Positions 40,545 through 51,310 of a stretch of DNA of 64,000 nucleotides are shown here, in pieces. The translations under genes and the position numbers were made by a program. This stretch comes from Alphaproteobacteria bacterium HGW-Alphaproteobacteria-14 (lineage in GTDB: Bacteria > Pseudomonadota > Alphaproteobacteria > Sphingomonadales > Sphingomonadaceae). The notes beneath the pieces were generated by a model. It worked only from the letters and a program-made list of their open reading frames with translations, was not told the origin of the DNA and made no database searches. The stretch spans positions 6,691 through 70,690 of the forward strand of contig PHEL01000001.1 of NCBI GenBank assembly GCA_002842925.1. Direction: 5' to 3'. Numbering within the stretch: the stretch's first letter is position 1; each line of letters begins with the position of its first letter.

Positions 40545-43041
40545 CCCGATCCAGATTGTCCTCAATCCTGAAAATTATGAGCAAGCGCGCGAAGCTGGCG
40601 GTGGCGGCGGTCGGAAGGATTTCTTCGCACATCGCGATGCCGAGTTCCGCACACACCGCGATACCCTGATTGGGCAGATCGAGACGATCTCAGGAGTGCT
40701 CAGCGCGCAGTCACAGGGCGACGTCGGGTACGTAAAGGTCATCTTGCGAAGGGAAGCTTGGGCCAAGAGTCATCGCCCGGTCCAAAGTCTGTTTCGCAGC
40801 GATCGCACGCCCATAGTCGGAGGAGGCGATCTTGGCGTGATGCTCATCGAGGCGCGCCCGTCGACAATCCTCCAAGTCGCTGCGGAAATCGCGAAAGCGG
40901 AAACGCACACTGAGATGCGCTTCAACGAATATAAGCAGAAGGAAGAACCGCACCCGACGTCGCGAAAGAGCGAAACGGGTGCCATCGATCGTATCGAAAT
41001 TTATAGCGCGGCGGATCGGCGAAGCTTCTCGGTTGAGGAAGCCGTGGCTTGGCTTGCTAATCCCATGACGGGCAGCAGTTATCAGGTCGAACTGTTCGAA
41101 AGCCCTCCTCCCCGATCGGAATGGGATCGGCTGGACACGGGCCACAGGCGCCTTATCGAGACTTTCATTGGAGGGTTTAGAGATCTTGGACATGGGCTTG
41201 CGGTCGAACGGCTGTCCTTTCATCGCGACAAGCAAGCGGTACTCGCGGTGCGACTGGATCAGTCGGCCGATCAACCTATTCTCCGTCTGGATGATACGTC
41301 TGCCACCGAACGCCGACGCGAGTTACCGGATTTCAGTCCCGATATTGAGCGCCACACGCAACTGCTGCGCTTTCTGGAAAAGCACCCGCTCGTAAGGCGT
41401 ATTGAGCTTCCAGGCATTGTCGTGAGGTCTGCGACAGCGGAAGGTGCAGCCCGGGCGTGGCCAACCGACTTGGCTATGCCCGCGCGAGATACTCGGAGAA
41501 CGCATCCGCGGCTCGGCATCATCGATGGCGGGATAAGCGATGCACTATCGGACTGGGTCATCGATCGCTGGGACATCTTGGCTAGCGAAGATTCCGATCT
41601 TTCGCACGGCACCTTTATCGGAGGCTTGGCCGCCGTTGGGGGCGCATTGAACGGACTAGAAACCTGTCCCGAACCGGACGGAGCGGAATTGGTCGACGTC
41701 GCTGTTTTCCCGAACGAGGGAAAAGCTGGCGCCTTTGCATCATATTATCCTGAAGGATTGCCCCAGTTCTTCGACGAAATGGCCAACGCCGTTTCCGATG
41801 CGCAGGCCCGCCACGGGGTGCGCGTATTCAATATGAGCCTCAATATTCTGCAACCAGCGACGCCCGACCGATACAGTCAGCATGCCGCTCGGCTTGATCA
41901 GATCGCCGAAGCAAATAACGCCATCGTATTCATTTCTGCAGGCAACATCGCGCCTCAAGACCTTCGTCCGGAATGGCCTGCGGACGCCGCCACAGCGCTC
42001 ACGAATCTTGTGAATGCCCGGAACGATGGCTTGCTGACCCCTGCGGAGAGCGCACGCAACGTCGCGGTCGCAGCGCTCAATCCTCCTGGACACGACGGGT
42101 GTATGGCTTTCGCACCGACACGGTTCAGCCGCAGGGGGCCCGGAATGCGTGCGGGCGTCAAGCCCGACCTCGCGCATATCGGCGGGTCCGGCACTCAGCA
42201 TTCCGAGCTCGGCCATGGCCTATTTTCGATCCTGCCCGACGGCACCATCATCGACGGTTGCGGTACGAGCTATGCTGCGCCGCTTGCGGCGAAAACTGCT
42301 GCCGTCCTAGATCATGCCATCGAAGGCGAGGTGTCTCGCGAGACTTTGATCGGACTGCTGGTGCATCATGCAGAAATACCCACGACTATGCAGTCAAAAG
42401 AACTTGCGCCGATTGCCAGGCATTTTGTGGGATTTGGAATGCCGCCGTCAGCGGATCGGATCCTAGAAACTGGCGATCACGCGATCACGTTGGTTTTTGC
42501 CTCGCGCATCCAGCGCGATCAGCAGATTAACTTCCGGTTCGCTTGGCCTGCCTCTCTCGTCGGCCCGGGCGGCAAATGTCGCGGCCGGGCAAAGATCACG
42601 TTGATATCGACGCCACCGCTCGATGCGCGCTTCGGATCTGAGTTCGTGAGGGTCAATATCAATGCGACGCTGCAACAAGAACAGGCCGCCGGAGGCTGGA
42701 AAGGGCGGCTCGAGCCGTTGTACCTGCCGTCAAAGCGGGAATCCCCTGCCGTTGAAGCCGAGCTCATTGAACACGATCTGAAATGGAGCCCGGTGAAAGT
42801 TTTGGCGAAGACGTTTCCGAAAGGGGTCGGGCCGTCTTCCAACTGGCGCCTCTTCGTCGACTATCTCACTCGCGCTGGTGAGGTGATGCCCGAGGAAGGC
42901 GTACCGTTCACCGCGATCGTGACGATAAGTGATCCGGCGTCTGAGCAACCGGTATTCAATGATATGCGGCAAAATCTTCAGGCGCTCGGAACCCAAATCG
43001 CGGATATCCGTACCGCCGCGCGCATTACTCCGCGCGTGTAA
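40537..43041 (+). CDS. ietS: S8 (subtilase) serine peptidase of an IetAS-type system
   Basis: Catalytic D (GIIDGG), H (SHGTFIGG), oxyanion N (SAGN), S (GTSYAAP); overlaps the ATPase stop. Confidence 0.88.
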   Translation: MASPIQIVLNPENYEQAREAGGGGGRKDFFAHRDAEFRTHRDTLIGQIETISGVLSAQSQGDVGYVKVILRREAWAKSHRPVQSLFRSDRTPIVGGGDLGVMLIEARPSTILQVAAEIAKAETHTEMRFNEYKQKEEPHPTSRKSETGAIDRIEIYSAADRRSFSVEEAVAWLANPMTGSSYQVELFESPPPRSEWDRLDTGHRRLIETFIGGFRDLGHGLAVERLSFHRDKQAVLAVRLDQSADQPILRLDDTSATERRRELPDFSPDIERHTQLLRFLEKHPLVRRIELPGIVVRSATAEGAARAWPTDLAMPARDTRRTHPRLGIIDGGISDALSDWVIDRWDILASEDSDLSHGTFIGGLAAVGGALNGLETCPEPDGAELVDVAVFPNEGKAGAFASYYPEGLPQFFDEMANAVSDAQARHGVRVFNMSLNILQPATPDRYSQHAARLDQIAEANNAIVFISAGNIAPQDLRPEWPADAATALTNLVNARNDGLLTPAESARNVAVAALNPPGHDGCMAFAPTRFSRRGPGMRAGVKPDLAHIGGSGTQHSELGHGLFSILPDGTIIDGCGTSYAAPLAAKTAAVLDHAIEGEVSRETLIGLLVHHAEIPTTMQSKELAPIARHFVGFGMPPSADRILETGDHAITLVFASRIQRDQQINFRFAWPASLVGPGGKCRGRAKITLISTPPLDARFGSEFVRVNINATLQQEQAAGGWKGRLEPLYLPSKRESPAVEAELIEHDLKWSPVKVLAKTFPKGVGPSSNWRLFVDYLTRAGEVMPEEGVPFTAIVTISDPASEQPVFNDMRQNLQALGTQIADIRTAARITPRV

Positions 43042-43081
43042 CTACATCAAATCTGACCCGCTACGAGGAAAGGAGTTTCGA

Positions 43082-43396
43082 ATGGTAAAATCGGTGTCGC
43101 TTGCGACAGGTCGTTCCTTCCCCACCATCAAAGCAGCGCTCGATCATTTCTCTGGAGTATTAAAGGAACAGCCTGACAAGGCGCCGTTTACCGGAGCGGA
43201 TGAAAGCGACATCGGCGCGGCATATCTGGCTTATTGCGCCAAGACCAAATGGACGTTGGAATCGTCGCCTGCCTCTTATTATCCTACCCATGGCCGTGGT
43301 GTCGGATTTACCACACGATGCTTCGGCGTGACCTTCGCGGATGGAACCAGCACCATCTTCTCGATGGAAAAAGCATTACGCGCAATTGCGAACTGA
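43082..43396 (+). CDS. DCL/DUF3223-like small protein
   Basis: VSLATGRSFPTIKAALDHF...TTRCFGVTFADGTSTIFSMEKAL resembles the RCF..DG...FS..K motif; strong RBS AGGAG at 43071. Confidence 0.7.
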   Translation: MVKSVSLATGRSFPTIKAALDHFSGVLKEQPDKAPFTGADESDIGAAYLAYCAKTKWTLESSPASYYPTHGRGVGFTTRCFGVTFADGTSTIFSMEKALRAIAN

Positions 43397-43612
43397 CGAC
43401 TTCAGAAGGTTCCCACAGACTTGAGCGGGATAGTGATGGAATTTCACATTTGAGCGACTGACCGCTTTCCGCCTCTAGCCAACCGCAACCCGCCGTTCAG
43501 CAACCGGCCTAAATGCTGACCTCGCAGACGATCTGATTTCGTGGAAGCACGATGATGTTTTAGACGTACGGTGCGGGAATATCCGAAACTGGCTAGGAAA
43601 ATAACTCGACAC

Positions 43613-44923
43613 CTACGACAACCTCGCATCTGATAAATGGTAACCAGCAATCTGCCTAAGCGCGTCTTTGGTCCCTGTTTTGCGCGAAATATCGATAGTT
43701 GCAGCTGAGAGAAACTGGTGGCTGTGCGGCACCACAAATGTACCTGCCACACCCGGCGCTTCCACGAGCTCGCCATGGTGCGGGTAAAGCAAAGTCAGTG
43801 CCTCACACTCGTAGAGCTGACCATATGCCATCATCTGGTAAACATCAGTGTGGGAGATGCCCTGTTTGGCGTCTTCGATTTGCGGAGAAATGCGTTTCCA
43901 TTTTGTATCGATGACTTGGATTACCCGGCCACCCTCTTTGATTAGGATGTCAGGCTTGGTTTGAAAGAGGCGCCGCCCATCATCGACAGATTCCAGACAG
44001 AACAGCCGCCCGCCCTGTAAATGAACGGTCAGACCGCTGCCAAAGAGGGCGCGGCGCATCATCCGACCGACATATTGCTCGAACAGAGTGTTCATCTCAA
44101 AAAGCAGTGAGAATCCAGCCTGAGTGCCCATAGAGGTGGTCTGGAACCGGTCACCTAAAATGAACTTCGCAAGTGCGAGCAGATCCTTCCATCGCGCATT
44201 TGTGCGGTCGAGCTGAACATCCTGCCAGCGTAGGGCGCTTACCGGAACTGCCAATACTTCGGCATAACCAAAGGCCAGCTCCGACAATCTTCTCTGGTTG
44301 TCATTTGTGCGCGCAAGGCGACCGAGTCTATCGACTGTTGCCTTCATGATTTGATTCAAGGCTGTATCAGTCGAAAGCTCGTCATATCGGCAAGCAAGTT
44401 TGGACGGATCAACCGCCAGAACGGTGAACTGACGCCCAATATCGAGGCGTCCCCTTAGCGCTCGAAGGTCATCCTCACAGTCGATGTAGCGTCTAGGAAC
44501 GCCCTGACGGACGGCGTCGAGCAGCTTAGTGCTGAACAGCCGAATGAGGATTTCGAGTAGGCTGTCCCTCTGCCAGCCAAGTTCGGTCATCGCGCCGCCA
44601 TCAATCTGGATGTCCAGAGCGACGGCAAGCAGATGCACCAGCCTTTCACGGATCAGCCCGCGCTTGTGCGCGTCATCGGTCTCTGCAGGGAAATCGATCT
44701 TCGGCAGAATTTCCAGTGTGTAGTCATCTCCCGCAACAATCCCGACCACCTGCCCGGCGCGCAGAGATTTGCGGCCGAGCGTCAGTATTCGTCCGCCGCT
44801 TTCACCGCCTAGCGGAGACTGCTTGGCTACGCCTGCAAGCTGGTCTGCCGCCCAGACGGGGATTTCGTTGTGCCCATCGCCATATGGCAGGGACTGCCAT
44901 TCGAGGACCGAGCGCTGGATCAC
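43613..44923 (-). CDS. mcrC: McrC-family PD-(D/E)XK nuclease subunit
   Basis: GQVVGIV, LEILPKI, LRGRLDI, LFEMNTLFEQYV, KPDI...IDTKWK...DVYQMMAYG; GTG start at 44923 overlaps the mcrB stop. Confidence 0.92.
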   Translation of the reverse strand: MIQRSVLEWQSLPYGDGHNEIPVWAADQLAGVAKQSPLGGESGGRILTLGRKSLRAGQVVGIVAGDDYTLEILPKIDFPAETDDAHKRGLIRERLVHLLAVALDIQIDGGAMTELGWQRDSLLEILIRLFSTKLLDAVRQGVPRRYIDCEDDLRALRGRLDIGRQFTVLAVDPSKLACRYDELSTDTALNQIMKATVDRLGRLARTNDNQRRLSELAFGYAEVLAVPVSALRWQDVQLDRTNARWKDLLALAKFILGDRFQTTSMGTQAGFSLLFEMNTLFEQYVGRMMRRALFGSGLTVHLQGGRLFCLESVDDGRRLFQTKPDILIKEGGRVIQVIDTKWKRISPQIEDAKQGISHTDVYQMMAYGQLYECEALTLLYPHHGELVEAPGVAGTFVVPHSHQFLSAATIDISRKTGTKDALRQIAGYHLSDARLS

Positions 44924-47787
44924 GACAGGCCCGAGTAGGCATCCTGTGGGAATGTCGATCGAACATTCCAACGCCATCGAGAAGGTGCTTCGCCGTCCTC
45001 GTCCAGCCCGGTCGGCGGCTTGAGTTCGACCCGCTCGAGGAATCTGCTCCCATCGCGATCACCAAGAACCAATGCAATTTTGTTCCAGTCATCGAAGAAG
45101 TATTCCGACAAGAGGGGAATGATCCGCACTCGCATGCACGCATCCACGTCTGCCCGGCTCTTGCAGGCTATAAAATAGGCGTGGCCGATCTGGTGTTCGC
45201 GATCGAAAAGATACTCAATCCGCTCGTTCAGCGTGCGCAACACCATGGGCAGGTCGACCCCAGTCAGCGCAGCAGCATCTTCCAGAACATCGGGCTCGGG
45301 CATAACTTCGCGGAACTCGAACCGGCGCCTCAGTGCCGTGTCGAGCAGGGCAATTGAGCGGTCGGCTGTATTCATCGTGCCGATGACGTGGAGATTGGCC
45401 GGGACTGAGAATTCTTCGCCGGAATACGGTAACTTTACGCTCAGAGCGTTGGGCTGACCCGCGCGCTTGTCCTGCTCCAGTAGGGTGATCAGCTCACCGA
45501 AAACTTTCGAGATGTTGGCCCTGTTGATCTCGTCGATGATGAGGACATACGGTTCCGGCTCACCACTGGTTGCCACCGCATCGCCGCCCGAGGCCACGAT
45601 CTGTTCGAGCGCATCCCAAATCACCTGCCGCCCCTGCATCTGGTATGCGGAAACCTGGCTAAGCTGTTTCTTGTAGATGCGTTCCCGCGGCAGGCTATCT
45701 TCTGTGTGCCACAGCCAGCGAACGCTGCGGCGGTGATTGTATTCGCCGTCCGGTCCCGGAACGAAACGATAGTCGCTGGTCACTTCGGCAACGGCGCGGA
45801 ACTTCATGTTGCCATCCGAAATGACAATCAGCGATCCGACCTCCATGTTGCTGCGGAAGGTATAGATCTGCGACATGTTGGGGTCGTTGCCATGAGCATC
45901 AGGATGGTCTTGCCGCCAGCGCTCCTTGATCGCCTCCCAATCGTCGAACCGCTGATCCGACCAGTCGACTTCGCCGCCCCATCCAAGGACTACGTAGCCT
46001 CCCTCCAGCGCGCCTTGGTAAATGGCATCATCTTCGGACGCCCAGCTCCTGCCAAGCGACATCTTGAATATCTTTCGGCTTCCATCGAACGGCGGAAGAT
46101 CATGCGAGAGCGCACGCCCCTTGTTCTCGCCTGCGACCCGCGCCATTTCCTTGAACACACCATCACGAGCCACCAATGAAAAGCCCGTCGTGTCGGGCGA
46201 GCCTTCGTCACCGGTTTCCGCCTGCTGTGGCCGCAGCCCCTCGACGAAGTCCTCGTAGCTGAAACTTTGATGGAAAGTTACAAAACCTATCCGCCCCTTG
46301 CGGGACAATTCCTGGTAGCGCAGCATCAATTCTTCGCGATCGTTGGGGGCAGTGCCATCGCACAGCCGCACCGCCTCGCTGGCAGTGGCGTAGGTCTTGC
46401 CGGTGCCGGGCGGGCCATACAGAATCAGATTGGTTGGTTTTGTCCCTATCGCGGGCTTGCCTTCGGTTGCCGGAGCCATCTCGCCCCCTTTCTTGCTCAC
46501 GATCTCAAAGCCCAAACGCTGCAAGATCCCGTTTGCGGCTTGCTCTCCATAACCGCCGTAAAACTCCTTCGCGCTCTGCGGCTTGCCCTCCGGCATGAAG
46601 CCATAGGCCGCGCCGACGATTGCCTTGGCCGGGAACAGAAACCCTTCAGGCTCGCGCCGCGTCCAGTAATCGCGAGGTTTGCCGAACCGGTACTGGGCCA
46701 GGAAGGCCTCGACGCCGATCTCCTCGCACTCGTCCATGGCCTCCTCAACCGCTTCGCGCGTAAGATCTGACACCGCCTGCTCCTCCCAGTTTTCTGCCAT
46801 GGCAACCCAGATGAAACCTTGCACATCGGTCAGGCTGCCGGTCCGCCAGTTCCAGTCATCGAGCTGGTCACGAATCCGGTTCATCGCCCACTGAAATTTC
46901 TCGAATTCCGCCAGCTCGAATTGCGGAGAGGCGAAGAATTTTTGCCCCATCAGAGCCTTGCCAAGCCGGTCGAAAGTGCGGACTTTGAACCAGCAGGCAT
47001 CATTCACGTTGACCGTGCCGTAAACCGATATCGCAATGCTGAGGACTTCTCCCCGCCGCATACCCGGCAGGCCTGCTTGCTTCAGGCTTTCAAGTTCACG
47101 CGCACAGTCCAGCAAGCCGTGGTTGTCGCCCGCTTCCAGGCGCGCGAGGCGGGCAACCGTTTCGTAGAAACGGGTCTGGAGATTGGCTGGTGCCTTGGAG
47201 ATTTCTGCCTGCGTGCGCCAGCTGAGCGGGAGGCCTTGTTGTGTGCCCTGCACCAGCGCCTTGTAGACTGCGCCGCCGCATTCTTCTTCGGTCTGGTCGA
47301 AATTGGTGGCAGAGGCGATCACGCTTTCGCGCGCGTCGCGCTTGTAGCTGCCCTCGGTCTCCCAGAACTGGCCGATCTCTTCCGCGAAGCCTGCGAAGTC
47401 GGGCATCCGTTCCTTGAAAACGCCCATCATGCGGCTAACTTCAGAGAAGAACTGATCATCCCCCAGCTTTGGGGTTCGAGGCTTTCGGCCCGCCTGATCA
47501 TCGTCGCGATAACGCTGATAGAAATTCAGGGTGGCCCGGTAACTCGCGAGGTTGGAATAGAGGTCTCCATCGATCGGGAGCTTGGACGGGTTGGCTGCCT
47601 GATCGCGCTTGTCCTGGGCGGAGTATTTCAGCGTTGCAGCGATGGCCGTGAACTTGTCCCGGTCAAAGTGCTCGTCCAAATCGCCATACGCCTGATCAAG
47701 TCGGCGGGCCTGGGCCATCTGGGTGTTGACGGTATTTTCCGCATACCCCGCCCGGTTCAGCCACAGCTTGAAATCATCTTCGCTCAT
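44920..47787 (-). CDS. mcrB: McrB-family AAA+ GTPase with several accessory domains (955 aa)
   Basis: ILYGPPGTGKT, TFHQSFSYEDFVEG, IIDEINRANISKVFGELITLLE, MNTADRSIA, EYFFDDW. Confidence 0.92.
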   Translation of the reverse strand: MSEDDFKLWLNRAGYAENTVNTQMAQARRLDQAYGDLDEHFDRDKFTAIAATLKYSAQDKRDQAANPSKLPIDGDLYSNLASYRATLNFYQRYRDDDQAGRKPRTPKLGDDQFFSEVSRMMGVFKERMPDFAGFAEEIGQFWETEGSYKRDARESVIASATNFDQTEEECGGAVYKALVQGTQQGLPLSWRTQAEISKAPANLQTRFYETVARLARLEAGDNHGLLDCARELESLKQAGLPGMRRGEVLSIAISVYGTVNVNDACWFKVRTFDRLGKALMGQKFFASPQFELAEFEKFQWAMNRIRDQLDDWNWRTGSLTDVQGFIWVAMAENWEEQAVSDLTREAVEEAMDECEEIGVEAFLAQYRFGKPRDYWTRREPEGFLFPAKAIVGAAYGFMPEGKPQSAKEFYGGYGEQAANGILQRLGFEIVSKKGGEMAPATEGKPAIGTKPTNLILYGPPGTGKTYATASEAVRLCDGTAPNDREELMLRYQELSRKGRIGFVTFHQSFSYEDFVEGLRPQQAETGDEGSPDTTGFSLVARDGVFKEMARVAGENKGRALSHDLPPFDGSRKIFKMSLGRSWASEDDAIYQGALEGGYVVLGWGGEVDWSDQRFDDWEAIKERWRQDHPDAHGNDPNMSQIYTFRSNMEVGSLIVISDGNMKFRAVAEVTSDYRFVPGPDGEYNHRRSVRWLWHTEDSLPRERIYKKQLSQVSAYQMQGRQVIWDALEQIVASGGDAVATSGEPEPYVLIIDEINRANISKVFGELITLLEQDKRAGQPNALSVKLPYSGEEFSVPANLHVIGTMNTADRSIALLDTALRRRFEFREVMPEPDVLEDAAALTGVDLPMVLRTLNERIEYLFDREHQIGHAYFIACKSRADVDACMRVRIIPLLSEYFFDDWNKIALVLGDRDGSRFLERVELKPPTGLDEDGEAPSRWRWNVRSTFPQDAYSGLS

Positions 47788-47803
47788 TGGCTTGTTTCAC
47801 CCG

Positions 47804-50800
47804 TCACGCCGCATACCGCCCATCTTTCAGCCGACGGGCCATGCCGATACCAGCCAGCGCCTCGAGCACGGGACGGACAGTGGCGGCGCGTTTTCCTTTG
47901 AAGGAACGGGCAACGTCCTGCGGTGCGAGCGGCGTTTGTGCGGTCGAGAGTATCGATTGCACTGCGCTGACCTGTTCGGGCAGCGTTCCCGGCCACGGGA
48001 TGATATTGTCCGGCACATGTTCGGCTGCGATCACGGGCTTTGCCGGTTTGACGCCCGATCCGGTGTCGAGCCAATCGTCGGAAGGCGGGTTCTGATATTC
48101 GGGGCGCAGCCAGCGGATCAGGCCACTGGCTTCCTCGGCGGCGCGTTCCTTGTTGAGCGCGACGAGACGGGTGAGGATTTCCTCGTCGGACAGGTCTACG
48201 GGCCAGCCATAAGCTTCGGCGACCAGCGCATCGATAGCGTCGTGGTGCTGGCGGATCAGGGTGACGAGCCCACGATCATGCATGTCGCGCTCGGTCTCGG
48301 TCAGCGCGCGGCCCTCCCGCAAGGCTTCGAGCACATTGTAAAGCTTGGTGAGGGTCAGGTCTTCGTGCTCGGCCAACACCCGCTTGCGTAAAGCGTCGAG
48401 CGCTTCAACCTCGGTCCTGATCCTGTCCTTGAGCGGCTCAGCGACATCGGAGGGGAATGGGAAGGGATCGAAGCACTGTGACTTCACATAGACCGGTCGA
48501 TCTTCCAGCAACCCGCCTACACCTAGCGACCACGAGACATGAATGGCGCTCGAGAGCACGCCCAAATGATAGGCGTCATCCAGTGCCATGCACGCTAGCT
48601 TGTTATCCGGCAGGATCGACATGGACAGGAACTGGAACACCCGGTGTTTTGCCGTCTCGATAGTAGCAATATAGCGCGACACACCGCGCAGGGCCTTCCG
48701 CAATTCAGACCGCTGTTCGCCGAAAAGCCACCAGTTGTCGCGATAGCTGGCACGGTTGTTCTCATCACGGTGTGGTTTCACATTGGCCAACACGTGCTGA
48801 TAGATTGCCGGATGCTTGTCGCGCACTTCGGCCTCGTTAAGCCCGTACAGGTCAATCACCTTCACCCCGCGCGGGCGCGCAGCAAGATCACGGCCATTGC
48901 GATAGTCGAAGATCACCGCATCGCCATCTTCAACTCCGGTGCGGATGTTGGCTGGTTGCGTATCAGTGATTTGAACCGACAGACCCTCTGCCTGTTCAGG
49001 CGTGACTATGAAGCCGTTGCCCATCAACTGAACGCCTCGAGATGCGAGCTTGTCATTCGCCTTGAGCGGGCGGGCCGAGGAAACATCGGCCCCGATCCGT
49101 AGGTCGGCGCTGATCAGGCCGATATTGATGCCAAACGCAATGGTGTGCGGCGCGCCGCTTTCATCAATGACGGTTTGCACCATGCCCGGATCGCGGCCTG
49201 ATTTGCCTTGCGGTTCAGCCACTGTCATGGCGATGCGCACGGCGGCACCATCCTTTTCGTCCACCCAAGGATGGTTTGGGATGGCAAATCGCAGGCTAAC
49301 GCCGCCCTTCGCCTCAAGATGCTTTGCAATTACCCTTCGGCTGAACACCTGCGTGATCGAATTGGTCGTGACAAAACCGAACCGCCGTGTGCCCGCATTG
49401 CGAACTGCCGTTGCCGCCTTGTCCCACCAATGCATGACGAAATCGGCGCTTTCGGGCACATCAGTTGTGACGAACAGCGCATCAAAATAGCCATCGCCCA
49501 ACCGGTCCCGCACGTCTTTGCCGCCAATGAATGGCGGGTTGCCGACGATGAAATCGGCCTTCGGCCACTTCGCTGCGCGGGGCTTCACATAGCGATAGAC
49601 CTCAACCCGCGCGCCCTCGTCGGGCACCTTTTTGCCCGTGACGGGATGGAGCTTCATCGTTTCGCCATCCCAGCGAGAAATGGGTTTGCCCGCGTCATCG
49701 CGTTCAAGAATCTTGTCGTCGTAGTCGATCAGAGCGTCGCGATGTTCAATCGTTCGCACGTCGCGCAGGATAGGTTCGGGCGGCGTGCGGTCCGCGCCGT
49801 TGACGCGGAAGTGCCATTGCAGATAACCGATCCACAACACCAGTTGCGCGATTTCGACGGCACGTTCGTTTACCTCAATGCCGAGGAAGTTTTCGGGCGT
49901 GATAGTGTGGCCGGTGATCTCGGCGACATATTGATCATCGCCCAGCTCGACCAGCAGATCGAGCACTTCGCCCTCCAGTTCCTTCATCCGCGCCATGGCA
50001 ACATAGAGGAAGTTGCCGGTGCCGCAGGCAGGATCGAGCACTTTCGTCTGGGCAAGCCGCGAATGGAACGCCTCGACAAAAGCCTTGGCCTCCTCCTCCT
50101 TCCCCTCTTCGATCAGGGTCGCCGCAGCTCCGCGTACCCCGTCCCAATCGGCACGCAGCGGCTCCATGATCGTGGGGCCGATCAGTCGTTCGACATAAGC
50201 ACGGGGAGTGTAGTGTGCGCCAAGCTTGGCCCGCTCTTTGGGATTCAGCGCGCGTTCCAGCAGGGTGCCGAAGATGGCCGGCTCTACCTCGGTCCAGACG
50301 TGTTCGCCCGCCTTGATCAGCACTTCCAGCTCTTCCGCATCCAGCGGGATCGCAGTGCGTTCCTTGAACAAATAGCCGTTGAACTTCTTCAGCGGCACGC
50401 CCAGCGCAGGCGAGAACTCGCCCTTGTCCATCGCCGCCCACAGTGCGGAAAGCTGATGCTCCAGATGTTCGGGGTGGGCGCGCTGGTTCTTCAGCAGGTT
50501 GGTGAAGCTCTTCTCCGGGATCAGCCCGCTGTCTTCCGCGAACATTGTGAACAGCACGCGCATGAGGAAACCGCTGGTGGTCTCGGCATTATAGCCGCGC
50601 TTCTCAAGACGCCGGGCGACAGTGGCGAGCAGATCAGCAATGTCGCGGGTAACGCGGGCAGCGCGGGCAGCTGGGTCGAGGTTCTTGGGGTCGGTCCAGA
50701 TAGCACGGAGCCGCTCTCGCACGGCTTCGTCGTGCAAATCCTCTAGCATGATCCGGTAGCGCGCCCGGTCGGGGAACTGGGCGTAGGCTTTGCCGGTCCC

Positions 50801-51310
50801 GGTGAAGTCTGCATAGACCTCGATGCAATAGCCGATGTCGGTGACGAGCAGGATTGGCGGCCAGCCATGGTCAACCGGAAGCGCCTTGGCATAGCGTTCG
50901 GCCTGGCCCTTGGCCTGCACCATGGCCTTGGCCCATCCCGGCGTGCCGCGCCGCGCGGTGCCACGCTTGACGCGGGCGCTGGCGGTCTGGCCGAAGATAT
51001 CGAGATCGTCCTCGCCCTTGTCGGCCGCCGCCCGGTCAGCCTCGCTGCCCTGCTTGGCTTCGAGTATGTAACAACCGCGCTTGTAGCAATCGATACGGCC
51101 AAAGCTCTGAGTGCCGTCCCCATTGTCTTGGAAGACGCGGCGTTCGAAAACGTAGTCATTATGCACGTCATCAGTGCGGCTGCCGGTGGGCGGTTCTACC
51201 TCTAGCAGATCGCACAGGCCGTTGATGAAGCTCTGTGTATTGGCAAGCTCACTGCCGCCGGTATCGCGCCACTGGGAAATGAATTTGTCGATATCGGCAG
51301 GGCTGGTCAT
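47804..51310 (-). CDS. MmeI-like type IIG/IIL fused restriction-modification enzyme (N6-adenine MTase with N-terminal nuclease and TRD)
   Basis: N-terminal GRID...[38 protein letters not shown], then target-recognition region. Start moved to 51310. Confidence 0.88.
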   Translation of the reverse strand: MTSPADIDKFISQWRDTGGSELANTQSFINGLCDLLEVEPPTGSRTDDVHNDYVFERRVFQDNGDGTQSFGRIDCYKRGCYILEAKQGSEADRAAADKGEDDLDIFGQTASARVKRGTARRGTPGWAKAMVQAKGQAERYAKALPVDHGWPPILLVTDIGYCIEVYADFTGTGKAYAQFPDRARYRIMLEDLHDEAVRERLRAIWTDPKNLDPAARAARVTRDIADLLATVARRLEKRGYNAETTSGFLMRVLFTMFAEDSGLIPEKSFTNLLKNQRAHPEHLEHQLSALWAAMDKGEFSPALGVPLKKFNGYLFKERTAIPLDAEELEVLIKAGEHVWTEVEPAIFGTLLERALNPKERAKLGAHYTPRAYVERLIGPTIMEPLRADWDGVRGAAATLIEEGKEEEAKAFVEAFHSRLAQTKVLDPACGTGNFLYVAMARMKELEGEVLDLLVELGDDQYVAEITGHTITPENFLGIEVNERAVEIAQLVLWIGYLQWHFRVNGADRTPPEPILRDVRTIEHRDALIDYDDKILERDDAGKPISRWDGETMKLHPVTGKKVPDEGARVEVYRYVKPRAAKWPKADFIVGNPPFIGGKDVRDRLGDGYFDALFVTTDVPESADFVMHWWDKAATAVRNAGTRRFGFVTTNSITQVFSRRVIAKHLEAKGGVSLRFAIPNHPWVDEKDGAAVRIAMTVAEPQGKSGRDPGMVQTVIDESGAPHTIAFGINIGLISADLRIGADVSSARPLKANDKLASRGVQLMGNGFIVTPEQAEGLSVQITDTQPANIRTGVEDGDAVIFDYRNGRDLAARPRGVKVIDLYGLNEAEVRDKHPAIYQHVLANVKPHRDENNRASYRDNWWLFGEQRSELRKALRGVSRYIATIETAKHRVFQFLSMSILPDNKLACMALDDAYHLGVLSSAIHVSWSLGVGGLLEDRPVYVKSQCFDPFPFPSDVAEPLKDRIRTEVEALDALRKRVLAEHEDLTLTKLYNVLEALREGRALTETERDMHDRGLVTLIRQHHDAIDALVAEAYGWPVDLSDEEILTRLVALNKERAAEEASGLIRWLRPEYQNPPSDDWLDTGSGVKPAKPVIAAEHVPDNIIPWPGTLPEQVSAVQSILSTAQTPLAPQDVARSFKGKRAATVRPVLEALAGIGMARRLKDGRYAA

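Noticed and set aside
46819-50746. Plus-strand ORFs of 360 and 512 aa within mcrB and the type IIG gene
   Set aside because: Antisense shadows with no motifs.
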